A stretch of DNA of 64,000 nt from Thermoanaerobaculia bacterium (GTDB lineage Bacteria; Acidobacteriota; Thermoanaerobaculia; Multivoradales; JAHZIX01), in assembly GCA_027069135.1 (NCBI GenBank), contig JALXFE010000400.1:28774-92773 (forward strand), written 5' to 3'. Numbering within the stretch: the stretch's first letter is position 1; each line of letters starts with the position of its first letter. Both the position numbers and the translations under genes were made by a program. Under the pieces are notes generated by a model. The model was not told where the DNA came from and searched no databases. It saw nothing but the letters and a program-made list of their open reading frames with translations. Of this stretch, positions 44,558-54,512 are shown one piece after another.

Positions 44558-45736
44558 TTATTTGAGCTCGAGCAAATCACCGACGAAGATTGGAAACCGG
44601 GACTCCAGGATCTTGGCGACCGAGGTGCTTCGGTGGACCGAGAGCACTGCGAGCTCTCCGATCACAACCGGAGGCAGGCCGGGCCGGTTGGGTCGGTAGA
44701 TGGTGAAGAGATCCCCGGGTACGACATCGTCGCTCTCGCCACGATCAATGTAGACGACATGATCCGCGGCCAGACTGATCACGCCCCCATCTCCATAGAC
44801 GATCACGGGGGATCCTTCGAGAGACTCCATCGACGACGGCATGTTCTTGGGCCGCATGCTTCCCGGGCGACCGAGAGGCAGGGGCTCTTCCTCGAACGGC
44901 ACCAGGTAAGAACCGACGATGATGGCTGCGCAAACATCGCCCGAGACCTCTCCGATCGCCGTTTCTGCCTGGACGGAGAGAATCCGGATTCTTCCAAGCT
45001 GCTGATAATAACGTCCAAGGAGGTCGCCGCTGCTCGGATGAAAGACCTTCTCCCCGGCCTGCACCGCCGTAAAGAGCTGACCCGCCGCCAGACCGGCACT
45101 CCGGCCACCGTCTAAGTAGACGATGTCGCCAGTGGAAACGCCGAAGCGAAGGGAGTCCACCGTACCGAAGACGCCCTTGTGGATATTCTTCAAACCGCCC
45201 CTAAATTGGGGTACCAGCGCTTCGTATTCCGTACCCACGATGCGGTAACCAAATTGCTCCTCGGTCTCACCGATAAAGCCGCTGCAGTAGAGATCGCTCT
45301 TATTGCCAAGCGCTTGGGGAGCGGAACGACTCGAATCGAGATTCAGCATGCCGAAGCCGTCGTCAGAAGTTTCGCTCTCGCTGTCGGTGGCTTGCGGCCG
45401 AAGCTGGGCCAATTCCCCTGGGGTCACGACCTGGACGCCGACGATGAGCGGATCTCCGGGGTAGATCCAATGGGAGTCTCGGATGTATTGATTGAGCTCC
45501 CAGATCTGGGGCCAGAGATAGGCGTCGCCATGAAAACGAGCCGACAAATCCCACAGGGTGTCCCCGCGCTGAATGACGTGGACCTCGGAGCCCTCGGGAA
45601 ATTCTACCGGTGGATCCCAGGCGGTCCAATGGTCTCCCACCTCATGGAGATCTCTCGGTGGGCCGCTGGCAGTAGCCGCCCCGGCTCCCCAGGAGAGACA
45701 TGCAAGAAGGATGACGAAATGCTTCGGTCTGGCCAT
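44558..45736 (-). CDS. Secreted LysM domain-containing protein
   Basis: Signal peptide. LysM motif HVIQRGDTLWDLSARFHGDAYLWPQIWELN. Confidence 0.8.
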   Translation of the reverse strand: MARPKHFVILLACLSWGAGAATASGPPRDLHEVGDHWTAWDPPVEFPEGSEVHVIQRGDTLWDLSARFHGDAYLWPQIWELNQYIRDSHWIYPGDPLIVGVQVVTPGELAQLRPQATDSESETSDDGFGMLNLDSSRSAPQALGNKSDLYCSGFIGETEEQFGYRIVGTEYEALVPQFRGGLKNIHKGVFGTVDSLRFGVSTGDIVYLDGGRSAGLAAGQLFTAVQAGEKVFHPSSGDLLGRYYQQLGRIRILSVQAETAIGEVSGDVCAAIIVGSYLVPFEEEPLPLGRPGSMRPKNMPSSMESLEGSPVIVYGDGGVISLAADHVVYIDRGESDDVVPGDLFTIYRPNRPGLPPVVIGELAVLSVHRSTSVAKILESRFPIFVGDLLELK

Positions 45737-45915
45737 GGGTTTGCTCCAAAGACCGAAGATGTCCCTTCGGTCTGCCGCTGTGAGTGTCCGGAGAACGAGC
45801 GTATAGTGAGATCTCTATGGCAAAATTATCGATTTTGCCTGCAATAGTCAAGGTTTACGGCACTTCGTCTCAAGCATCGGTTGAACCGGAAAGGCAGGCA
45901 GTGGACCTCGAGGAC

Positions 45916-46704
45916 CTACTCCAAGGCCCTCAACCGATCTTGGGCCCGAGCCGCAGCAGAGCTCGTCGGATAGCGATCGAGGACCTCACGATAGGTCTCG
46001 ACGGCACCGCCGCGATCCTCTAGCGCCTCGAAGCATTGCCCCGCCTTCAACAGGGCATCGGGAACTTTGTTGCCGTCAGGAAACCGTTCGACGGTCTCTC
46101 GAAAGGCTGCCAAGGCACCCTCGATATCCTTGCGAGCATACCGACATTCCCCGATCCAGTACTGAGAGTTGTCCGCCAGCGCAGAATTCGGGTACTGGCC
46201 TTGGAATGTACGCAACTCGCTTTCCGCGTCCAGATACCGGCCCTGATGGTACAAGGTGTAGCCTCGGTCGTAGGCCTGCTGCTCCTGCGCAGATATCGGT
46301 GCAGCTACCGGGGGCGAAGCCTCGACCTGGGGAGGAGGGCTTTTCGCGGGCGAAGGGACTCTCGGCGGTGCCTTGGGCTTGCCGAGGCTGACAGCCTCCA
46401 AATCGCTTTCTTCGATGCTGGGCGATCCGATGGTCTCGATGGGTATCTCCCGAACCGGCGGGACCGTGCGGCTCTCCGGCAGGCTCTCCATCGGGCGCTT
46501 CCCCTGCTGCTCCAACTTGGCCAGACGCTTTTGGAGTCGCTCGATCTCCAACTCATGAACCGTCGTCTGGCGCTGAAGCTCCAAGACGCGCCTCTTGAGC
46601 TCTTCGGTCGTGGTGTCACCGCCACCCCGGCGAGACACCAGGGAGCTACTGCCGCACCCGGCGGTGAGGAGAGCGAGCATCGGGAGCACTATCCAGATTC
46701 TCAT
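45916..46704 (-). CDS. cpoB: Tol-Pal associated cell-division coordinator CpoB/YbgF (lipoprotein, coiled-coil plus TPR)
   Basis: Lipobox LTAGC; coiled coil; C-terminal TPR with YDRGYTLYHQGRYLDAESELRTFQGQYPNS... Confidence 0.7.
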   Translation of the reverse strand: MRIWIVLPMLALLTAGCGSSSLVSRRGGGDTTTEELKRRVLELQRQTTVHELEIERLQKRLAKLEQQGKRPMESLPESRTVPPVREIPIETIGSPSIEESDLEAVSLGKPKAPPRVPSPAKSPPPQVEASPPVAAPISAQEQQAYDRGYTLYHQGRYLDAESELRTFQGQYPNSALADNSQYWIGECRYARKDIEGALAAFRETVERFPDGNKVPDALLKAGQCFEALEDRGGAVETYREVLDRYPTSSAAARAQDRLRALE

Positions 46705-46735
46705 GGTCGTTCCTATTTCTTGAGTAGAAGGGTCC

Positions 46736-47545
46736 TTAGGAAAGGGACTCGGGTTCGGGTTCTGCTTCAGAGCTCGCCGGCGTTTTGTCCAGCACGAGCT
46801 TCGGGATTTCTTTCACCCATCGACTGTCCGGGAACTCCCGCCGTAGACTCTCGAAGGTGTTGAAGGCTTTCAGGTTCAACCCCGCCTTGAGATAGGACCT
46901 CCCCAGAGTCAGGTAGGCCTTATCCTTGAACTCGTAGTCCTTATAGTTCTCCAGCAAGCCTTCCAGGCGGGCAATGGCGGCGACATAGATCCCGAAGCCT
47001 AGGTAGAACTTGCCGACCACATATTCGTGCTCCGCCAAACGGTTCCGGACCACCCGAATTTCTTCCCGGGCCAGGGCGGCGTATTCGCTTGTCGGATAGA
47101 GGCGGAGAACTTCCTGATAGGCCGCTAAGGCTTTCTCCGTGGGCGTCTGATCTCGATCCGCACGTTTGGTGCGCTTGGCGAGGCAATTGCCCAATTGAAA
47201 TTGCACGTAGGAGGCAAAGTCACTGGTCGGGAATCGATTCATGTAGTCCCGGTACTTGGCCTCCGCCTGAATGAGATTGGCCTCCCCCCCCTGGAGGAAG
47301 AAGGTGTCCGCTGCCAGAAGCAGGGATTCTCTTCCCAAGGCTGTATTGGGTGCGACCTCGAAGGCGTGGGTCAGGAAGCGCCGGGCCTTGAAGTACTTTT
47401 CGTCTTCGAGGGCCGCCTTTCCCTGAGTCAGTGACTCTTCCGCGGACAGCGACAGGACGGGATCGTTCCGCCCACCACCACCGCCACCACAACCCACCGC
47501 CGCCGAGACCAGGATGATGCCTAGCCAACCGAAGGATCTCCTCAT
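46736..47545 (-). CDS. bamD: Outer membrane protein assembly factor BamD
   Basis: Lipobox AAVGC; TPR repeats. FQLGNCLAKRTK, ALAAYQEVLRLYPTSEYA and BamD-like KFYLGFGIYVAAIARLEGLLENYKDYEF. Confidence 0.8.
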   Translation of the reverse strand: MRRSFGWLGIILVSAAVGCGGGGGGRNDPVLSLSAEESLTQGKAALEDEKYFKARRFLTHAFEVAPNTALGRESLLLAADTFFLQGGEANLIQAEAKYRDYMNRFPTSDFASYVQFQLGNCLAKRTKRADRDQTPTEKALAAYQEVLRLYPTSEYAALAREEIRVVRNRLAEHEYVVGKFYLGFGIYVAAIARLEGLLENYKDYEFKDKAYLTLGRSYLKAGLNLKAFNTFESLRREFPDSRWVKEIPKLVLDKTPASSEAEPEPESLS

Positions 47546-48207
47546 TCCGTCGTCTCCCCAAGCGCAATTCTTCGCAGCCGATTCATTTCGTCCACCGGAT
47601 CCTCACTGCCGAAAACCGCCGATCCGGCCACACAGGTCTCAACACCAGCCGCGACGGCGTCACGGATTGTACGGCGTCCCAGCCCGCCATCCATCTCAAT
47701 CTCCACCTCGACCCCGAAATCCTCGATCATGGTCCGCAGTCGGCGAGCCTTGTCGAGGGTATACGGCAGGAAGGACTGACCTGCAAAACCCGGATTGACC
47801 GACATCAACAGCACAAAATCGAGCCTCGGCAGGAGATCTCCCAACCACTCTACGGGTGTCGCCGGATTCATGGCTACGCCAGCCCGGGCACCCGCGGAGC
47901 GGATGACTTGAAGCGTTCGGTCCAGGTGCCGCGTCGCCTCCCAATGGACCGCGACCCGGGCCGCTCCCGCCTTCAGGTATTCCTCGAGGAGGGCCTCCGG
48001 CTCGTTCACCATGAGATGGACGTCAATGGGTAGCTCGGTTCGGCGGCTCAAGGCCTCGAGCACCGGAATTCCGAAGCTCAAATTCGGCACGAAATGGCCG
48101 TCCATGACGTCAAAATGAATCATGTCGGCTCCGCCGGCCTCACAGAGGCGGGCAGCTTCGCCGAGGTCGGCCAGATCGGCGGCGAGAATGGAAGGTGCGA
48201 GTTTCAT
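47542..48207 (-). CDS. rpe: Ribulose-phosphate 3-epimerase
   Basis: SILAADLADLGE, HFDVMDGHFVPNLSFG, VHLMV, MSVNPGFAGQSF motifs. Confidence 0.9.
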   Translation of the reverse strand: MKLAPSILAADLADLGEAARLCEAGGADMIHFDVMDGHFVPNLSFGIPVLEALSRRTELPIDVHLMVNEPEALLEEYLKAGAARVAVHWEATRHLDRTLQVIRSAGARAGVAMNPATPVEWLGDLLPRLDFVLLMSVNPGFAGQSFLPYTLDKARRLRTMIEDFGVEVEIEMDGGLGRRTIRDAVAAGVETCVAGSAVFGSEDPVDEMNRLRRIALGETTE

Positions 48208-49025
48208 TACCGGGAACTACCCTCTTGCGTTGTGGAAACCACCAGGGAAATTGCATCCTGGCGACGGAGAGGGTGGCCTGCCAGGGGGAACTGCCGAAGG
48301 ATAACACCCTCCGGAATTCCCTCGTAGACCTCAAACTTCACACTCCCCAGGCGAAAATTTCTCTGCTCGAAGTACCGGCGGATCTCTTCGTAGCGGCGAT
48401 ACACCAAATCCGGCATGATGTAGATCTCGCCGCGGGTGAACCGACTTACCAATAGGTCCACCGGAGCGCTCGGGGCTGTCCCGGCGCCGGCCCGCGGGTG
48501 TTGGTCCACGACGGTGCCCGGCTCCGCCAGCTCACTGCCGACACTCAAGACCCGCCCAACGGAAAGCCCCGCCGCAGCCAGAGCTACCTGGGCCGCCTGC
48601 GCATTCTGGCCCGCCAAATTCGGCACCTTAAGAACCTGAGGCCCCAACGAGAAAGCCACGGCGACGGAGCTACCTCGCTTGACCAGGGTCCGGGGGCCCG
48701 GGGTATGGGCCGCCACTTTGCCCGCCGGAACCTCATCATGGAAGTCGTCGGCAGCCTCGTCCCGTCGGAAGGTCAACCCCTGATCTACCAGGAGATTCAT
48801 GGCCTCGGCCTCGCTTAACCCCACCAGATCCGGCACCGAGGTGGCCCCGCTTCGGACGAAGAGGTTGAAGGAGGAATAGGCGAAAAAAGTGGAAATCGCC
48901 AACAAAACCCCCAGGTAGATCCCTCGAAGGGTCCACCGAAGCATCCATCGAGCCCAAGGGGGGAGTCTCTCGATCCGCCGCGTCGCCGGGGCAGCGCTCA
49001 AGAAAGCCACCCCCGACAAGCCCAC
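48207..49025 (-). CDS. PASTA domain-containing membrane protein
   Basis: N-terminal TM, then repeated VPDLVGLSEAEA / VPNLAGQNAQAAQ PASTA-like units. Confidence 0.6.
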   Translation of the reverse strand: MGLSGVAFLSAAPATRRIERLPPWARWMLRWTLRGIYLGVLLAISTFFAYSSFNLFVRSGATSVPDLVGLSEAEAMNLLVDQGLTFRRDEAADDFHDEVPAGKVAAHTPGPRTLVKRGSSVAVAFSLGPQVLKVPNLAGQNAQAAQVALAAAGLSVGRVLSVGSELAEPGTVVDQHPRAGAGTAPSAPVDLLVSRFTRGEIYIMPDLVYRRYEEIRRYFEQRNFRLGSVKFEVYEGIPEGVILRQFPLAGHPLRRQDAISLVVSTTQEGSSR

Positions 49026-49056
49026 CCGCCGTGGGCGACTTCGACGACCGTATCCA

Positions 49057-50370
49057 TCAAAGGCCCGGAATGTTCTTCTTCACATCGAAGAAGATGACCG
49101 TCAGCATGATCAGCAGAATGAGGACGAACCCCACCTGGTTGAAAGCCTCCTTGAGGCGGATCGACAGGTCTCGTCGCATCACACTCTCCACCCCCAGAAT
49201 CACCATCTGCCCGCCGTCCAGCACAGGGATGGGGAGCAGGTTCAGGATTCCGATGCTGATGCTGATGACCCCCATGAGATAAAGGAGGTATCTGAACCCG
49301 ATCCGTGCCGCCTCACCGCTGTACTTCGCGATTTCGATGGGTCCGGAAAGGGCACTCTCCGCGGCGATACGCCGGGTAAAGATCTTCCCGAGGACGAAGA
49401 AGGTCTGCTCGACGATCTGAACATTGTGCCGGACGCTTTGGACCACCGCTTGGACCGGGCCGTATTTTTGATACAGCCCCGCTGCCAAGCCGATCTTGCC
49501 GGTACCCCCGAGGTCTTCCGGAGTCACCGCGATCTCCACCTCTTTGCCGTCCCTCCGGACCACGATGTGGATCGGTTGTCCCGGGTGGCTGGAGACAAAT
49601 TTTATGAACTCCTCGTATCTCACCACCGGCCGGCCACCCATGCTGACCAGTCGGTCACCGATTTGGAAACCCGCCGCCTGGGCCGGTTTCCCTTCAGAGA
49701 GCTGGGTCACTGAAAGCAGCTCTTCTTGCAGGATTCCGGCGGTGTCATACAGATGAAAATCCGGGATTTTTTGGGGCAAGACGGTAACGGTCAGCTCTTC
49801 GGATCCGCGACGCAGACGGAGTGTCACCTCTTTCCCCTGCGCAGTCATCAGGAGAAGCTGCACACGATCCCATTTCACGACGGGCTCATCGTCCACTGAA
49901 AGAATCTCATCCCCGGCCTGAATCCCCGCCAGGTCCGCGGAAGATCCTTCCTGCACGGAGCCGACCCGGGCTGCTATGTCCGACACCGCTGGGACCGAAA
50001 TCCCCATCATGAAAACCGCAGCGATGAGGGCTACCGCCAACACCGCATTCATCGCCGGCCCCGCCAGATAGACGAGAAAACGCTGCCAGCGCGGCTTGTT
50101 GAGGAAATCCGCGGGATCGTCGCCGCCTTCGTCCGGGAGCTCGCCGCTCATCTTTACGTAGCCACCCAGGGGAATGAGCGAAAGCCGATATTCGGTGTCT
50201 CCCCGCCGGAATCCCCAGAGACGCTTCCCAAAGCCGAGGGAGAAGGTCAGGACCCGAACCCCAAAGGCCTTGGCGACGAGCATATGGCCCGCCTCGTGAA
50301 CGAAAATGATGACCCCCAGGGCAAAAACGAACGCCAGGAGATTCGAGAACGTATTGGTCAGAGCTTCCAT
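49057..50370 (-). CDS. rseP: RIP zinc metalloprotease (site-2 protease) RseP
   Basis: HEAGHMLVAKAFGV (HExxH), PDZ domain, C-terminal LDGG motif. Start at MEALTN. Confidence 0.9.
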   Translation of the reverse strand: MEALTNTFSNLLAFVFALGVIIFVHEAGHMLVAKAFGVRVLTFSLGFGKRLWGFRRGDTEYRLSLIPLGGYVKMSGELPDEGGDDPADFLNKPRWQRFLVYLAGPAMNAVLAVALIAAVFMMGISVPAVSDIAARVGSVQEGSSADLAGIQAGDEILSVDDEPVVKWDRVQLLLMTAQGKEVTLRLRRGSEELTVTVLPQKIPDFHLYDTAGILQEELLSVTQLSEGKPAQAAGFQIGDRLVSMGGRPVVRYEEFIKFVSSHPGQPIHIVVRRDGKEVEIAVTPEDLGGTGKIGLAAGLYQKYGPVQAVVQSVRHNVQIVEQTFFVLGKIFTRRIAAESALSGPIEIAKYSGEAARIGFRYLLYLMGVISISIGILNLLPIPVLDGGQMVILGVESVMRRDLSIRLKEAFNQVGFVLILLIMLTVIFFDVKKNIPGL

Positions 50371-50632
50371 GTCGTGAACCTCAGAAGAGTCGTACCCGGA
50401 GCCTCGTTCTCCATCGATCGGGGCGACAAGTAGATAGGTCGGATCCAGGCCTTCGGCTCCGCGCAAGCTCCAAGGGTGAGCCACGGGTAGCCGGCAAACC
50501 CAGGAATCATACTGGATTCGACGCGTTTCATCCACGCGCTGGCACTCGGGTTTCTGGCCCTCGGGTCTTGAGACTCGACGGGAGCAGCGGAGCCCTATCT
50601 CCGTGTTTGCCGAGAGCTGTCAGGCCCGGCAG

Positions 50633-51451
50633 CTAGAAGGCCAGCCAATAGAGCCCGATCAGCATGGCCGGCGCACCGAAGAGCAGAGCATCGATGCGAT
50701 CGTAGAAACCTCCATGGCCCGGGAGCAACCAGCCGGAGTCTTTGACCGACGCACCACGCTTGATCATCGAGTTCACCAGGTCTCCCATCTGCCCCGAGAC
50801 GGAAACGAGGGCGGCGACCCCTAGAAGCCTCGGATCCAGGCTTCCGTGGTGCCACAGGCTCCAGCCGGCGGTGACCGCCAGGGCCATAAGAAAACTTGCT
50901 ACGGCACCGGCCCATGTCTTGTTGGGGCTGACCACCGGAGCCAGCTTCTTCTTGCCGAGCATGCGGCCGACGTAGAAGGCTGCAGCGTCCCCGAGCCAGA
51001 CGATGGCCAACGTCAGCATCAACAACCAGGGATCTAGCCGATGAATTTCCGTCAGACTCGCCAAGGGGACGGCGAAATACAGCGTGCCGAAGCAAAGCAC
51101 CCCCATGGCCGGCAAGGACTCCTCCACCGGTGTCCGGAAAAGCAGCACGACGAGGCCGACCCCCACCGAAAGCCCCGCGGCGCCGACGAAAACCATTTCC
51201 GGGATCCCATCCCCTCCTATCGACGCCGCTCCTGAAAGCCAAAGACTGAGGCCGGCGGCAAAGGTCGGTACGGAGACCAAAAGAAGCCCCAAGGGCCCTC
51301 GCGGAACCCAATGCCGAACGATGCGCTGGAATTCCCAGACGGCACCGAGGAAGATGAGGCTGCAGAAAATCCCGAAGCCCAGATGGGGAAGACGGAACAC
51401 CGCCAAGACGGTCAGGAAGCCGCCGACGATTCCGGTAAGAATACGGGTCAT
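50633..51451 (-). CDS. cdsA: Phosphatidate cytidylyltransferase
   Basis: Polytopic. C-terminal KRGASVKDSGWLLPGHGGFYDRIDALLF CDS signature. Confidence 0.85.
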   Translation of the reverse strand: MTRILTGIVGGFLTVLAVFRLPHLGFGIFCSLIFLGAVWEFQRIVRHWVPRGPLGLLLVSVPTFAAGLSLWLSGAASIGGDGIPEMVFVGAAGLSVGVGLVVLLFRTPVEESLPAMGVLCFGTLYFAVPLASLTEIHRLDPWLLMLTLAIVWLGDAAAFYVGRMLGKKKLAPVVSPNKTWAGAVASFLMALAVTAGWSLWHHGSLDPRLLGVAALVSVSGQMGDLVNSMIKRGASVKDSGWLLPGHGGFYDRIDALLFGAPAMLIGLYWLAF

Positions 51452-52290
51452 CGCGGTTCTCGCGCTCCTTCGGCAGCGGCGGAGGCAGCCAATCCCGGGC
51501 CGACCTCCGGCTCACCTTGCACCCCCTCTTCCAGCCCGCCGAAGCGACGCTGTCGACCCTGGAAATCGACAAGGGCCTCGAGAAAGCTGGCGCAAGCAAA
51601 ATCCGGCCAAAGGCATGGCGTCACGTAGATTTCGGCATAGGCCGCTTGCCAGAGGAGAAAATTGCTCAGGCGCCGTTCCCCGGAGGTGCGAATGACCAGG
51701 TCCGGATCCGGTTGGCCGGACGTCGAGAGAGAACGACCGATGGTCGCTTCATCGATATCGGCCCGCCTTCCCTCCGCCCAATCGGAGACGATCCGTCGGC
51801 AGGCATCGACGATCTCGCTGCGGCTGGAGTAGTTGAGCGCAATATTCAAAGTCATCCCGTCGCAGCCCGCGGTAGCTTCCAGGCCACGCATGAGAGTGCT
51901 CACCACCGACGGATCCAATTCTCGCCAGCGCCCGAGAATCCGCAGTCGGATATTCCCCTCGACCAGCCTTTGGAGCTCCCGGCGGATGTATTCCTTCAGC
52001 AGATTCATGAGAGCCCAGATCTCCGCCTTCGGACGCTTCCAATTTTCCGTGGAAAAGGCGAAGAGAGTCAGGACCTCAAGCTCGAGCCGGGCCGCCGTCT
52101 CGACGCTCTCCCGCACCGCCGATACCCCCTCGCGATGCCCTTCGACCCGCGGCAGGCCACGGGCCCGGGCCCAGCGACCGTTGCCATCCATAATGATGGC
52201 CACGTGCCTCGGTAGCTGTTGCAGATCGAGCCGCCGAACGAGAAGGTCTTCTGGCGTTCCGGGCTCAGCGATGCTCGAGATGTCGATCAT
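51448..52290 (-). CDS. uppS: Isoprenyl transferase (undecaprenyl diphosphate synthase)
   Basis: HVAIIMDGNGRWA, FSTENWKRP, ...RDLVIRTSGERRLSNFLLWQAAYAE motifs. Confidence 0.9.
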   Translation of the reverse strand: MIDISSIAEPGTPEDLLVRRLDLQQLPRHVAIIMDGNGRWARARGLPRVEGHREGVSAVRESVETAARLELEVLTLFAFSTENWKRPKAEIWALMNLLKEYIRRELQRLVEGNIRLRILGRWRELDPSVVSTLMRGLEATAGCDGMTLNIALNYSSRSEIVDACRRIVSDWAEGRRADIDEATIGRSLSTSGQPDPDLVIRTSGERRLSNFLLWQAAYAEIYVTPCLWPDFACASFLEALVDFQGRQRRFGGLEEGVQGEPEVGPGLAASAAAEGAREPR

Positions 52291-52326
52291 TTTCTGGGAG
52301 GGAAGTTACCACAACCGGGGCTCGTC

Positions 52327-53118
52327 TCAGTCCGGCGGAGATCCTCCCGCCGGATACACCTTCGAGACTTCGAGAACCCACGGTGGAGGATAGCTCACTC
52401 GTTCCAATACAAGGCCTCGAGCTGGGGCCGTCGGGCCCGCGGCACTACGCGGTCGCCCCTGGAGCAGCTCCCGAAGGCCTCCCAGGCTCCGGCGCCCATC
52501 GCCGACCTCGAGGAGCGTACCCACCAGGCTTCGAACCATGCCGCGAAGGAAACCCTCCCCCTCAATGCTGAAGATCAACTCGCTGCCGCACTCTTCCCAA
52601 TCCGCCGCGAAGATCCTACGAAAGGGTTGACGGTGGGAACCTCCGGCGACGGCGAAGGCCGTGAAATCGTGTCGGCCCACCAAGAGACGGGCAGCGCTCT
52701 CCAAGAGGGCGACCTCGACTCCTCGGCCCACCCGAACCACAAAATCCGCATCGAGGGGCGAGAGGATTCGTTCCCGGCTCAGACGATAGCGGTAGACCTT
52801 GGACGAGGCACGGCGCAGCGCGTGGAAATCCTCGGGCATCCGGCTTGCTCCCATCACACGTATGTCGGGAGGGAGGCGATGGTTGAGCCCCCCTACCAGG
52901 CCTCGGACCGGAAAGGTCTCTTCCAACTCCAGGTGGGCCACTTGTCCCCGCGCGTGAACTCCGGCGTCGGTTCGTCCGGCACCGACCGTGCGCACCGGAT
53001 GCCGAAGAAGATCCTCCAAGGCCTCCTCCACGACTTGCTGGACCGCCAGGGCGTTCTTCTGGCGCTGCCAGCCCGCGTAGGAGGTCCCACGGTAGGAAAG
53101 AATCAGCCCGTAGACCAT
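52327..53118 (-). CDS. truA: tRNA pseudouridine(38-40) synthase
   Basis: YRGTSYAGWQRQ, VRTVGAGRTDAGVHARGQVAHL catalytic-Asp region. Start at MVYGLIL. Confidence 0.85.
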   Translation of the reverse strand: MVYGLILSYRGTSYAGWQRQKNALAVQQVVEEALEDLLRHPVRTVGAGRTDAGVHARGQVAHLELEETFPVRGLVGGLNHRLPPDIRVMGASRMPEDFHALRRASSKVYRYRLSRERILSPLDADFVVRVGRGVEVALLESAARLLVGRHDFTAFAVAGGSHRQPFRRIFAADWEECGSELIFSIEGEGFLRGMVRSLVGTLLEVGDGRRSLGGLRELLQGRPRSAAGPTAPARGLVLERVSYPPPWVLEVSKVYPAGGSPPD

Positions 53119-54512
53119 CGAGGAAACTTCACGAGCAACAGCAGGAAAGGAACCCAGATCACCAAGAAGACCCAGGGAAAGAGCTCCACACCCGGAAAGA
53201 GCCGTGGCAGATAGCTCAACAGCGAGAGACCAGCCAAGGCCAACCAGGCCCTTTGTCGGCACAGCGCCGCCCAAGGGAGGATCCAAAGCAGATACCAGGG
53301 ATAGAGAGTCGCCGAGCACAAGAGCACGACGCCGAGCAGCCGACCGGTCCCGGCGATCGCATCCCTGGACCGCAAAGTCCACACAACCGCCAAGCCCAAC
53401 AAACCGGTGAGCACCAGCTTGGCATGCAGTTGGGGATAGTTGAATGGGTACCAGGAATTCCAGAATTCAATATCCCCACTCTCCTCCTTCTTGCCATCGA
53501 GCCAGCCTTCGAAAATCGCCGGTGTATCGAGGGCTTCGAAGACTCTCCAAAGGGGTTCGAAGAGAGGGCCGTTGAATTCCCAGGAGACTCCGTACTTCTG
53601 CAGACCGGGGGGAATTCCACCGGTAGAAAGGCCCACCGGAAGTAGAGACAGACAGAGGATCCCCGCCGCGGCCCCCCAAAAGACCAGCGGCCGGCGGCTC
53701 CGCAGTCCCCAAAGAGGCAAGAGCGTGAGAGGAACCAATTTGGCGAGGACTCCCGCGCTCGCCGCCACGGCGGCTCTTAAGGGGAACCGCTGGAGCCAAA
53801 GTACCGCCCCCACGGTGGCTGCAACCCCGAGCCCGTCCACGTGGCCCATGCCAGCGACCTCCAGGACGACGAGGGGATTCCAGGCGTACCAAAGTACTCG
53901 CGAAGGGGAAACCCCGCGGCGCCGTACGAGGTAGAATAAACAGAGGCATGCGGCAAGGTCCGCAGCTACAAAGATTGCCTTGAGCACCACGATCCGCCCG
54001 GCAGAAGGCAGGGGAGCTATGGCTGCCAGCGAGAAGGCGGCAAGAGCAAGCGGAGGGTAGACCGTCGGCACATCGCGGTGATCCATCCCCTCCCATAGCT
54101 CGTCGCGCAGAGTAACGAGAGATTCGGCCTCGGGCGGAAGAGCATAGGGATTGTGGCCGGACACGACCACTCGGCCGTCCCAAACGTACCGGAGAACGTC
54201 ATTGGAGAGCGTCGGAGGTATCGGCAGCATGAGTACGCGCAACGCCGCCGCCACCCACAGAATCTCTCGGAGGCCGGGTGGCCTTGAAGCGAGCTCGGCT
54301 ACACGGAAGGCCCGTACGGCCAAGCCGAGAGCTCCGAAGGCCACAGCCCAGAACAGGAGTGTTAGAACGGGATGAGCTGTCAGGTCGAAAAGAAGCAGGA
54401 GCGCGCCGTGGGCGCCGAGCAGGAGAAGCACTTGCGGCGACGCCACAAATCCGGAAAGGAGGGGCAACCGTGACGAGCCTGGGTCTACCGTTGGGTTCAG
54501 TGATTCTGGCAA
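53103..54512 (-). CDS. Polytopic membrane protein, DUF2029/GT-C family (mannosyltransferase-like)
   Basis: ~12 TM. Loop motif DVLRYVWDGRVVVSGHNPY typical of GT87/DUF2029-type GT-C enzymes. Start uncertain. Confidence 0.55.
   Translation of the reverse strand: MPESLNPTVDPGSSRLPLLSGFVASPQVLLLLGAHGALLLLFDLTAHPVLTLLFWAVAFGALGLAVRAFRVAELASRPPGLREILWVAAALRVLMLPIPPTLSNDVLRYVWDGRVVVSGHNPYALPPEAESLVTLRDELWEGMDHRDVPTVYPPLALAAFSLAAIAPLPSAGRIVVLKAIFVAADLAACLCLFYLVRRRGVSPSRVLWYAWNPLVVLEVAGMGHVDGLGVAATVGAVLWLQRFPLRAAVAASAGVLAKLVPLTLLPLWGLRSRRPLVFWGAAAGILCLSLLPVGLSTGGIPPGLQKYGVSWEFNGPLFEPLWRVFEALDTPAIFEGWLDGKKEESGDIEFWNSWYPFNYPQLHAKLVLTGLLGLAVVWTLRSRDAIAGTGRLLGVVLLCSATLYPWYLLWILPWAALCRQRAWLALAGLSLLSYLPRLFPGVELFPWVFLVIWVPFLLLLVKFPRWSTG

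Noticed and set aside
49025-50535. Longer RseP ORF starting at 50535
   Set aside because: The N-terminal 55 aa are not RseP-like. The conserved RseP N-terminus (TM helix followed by HEAGH) begins at MEALTN (start 50370).
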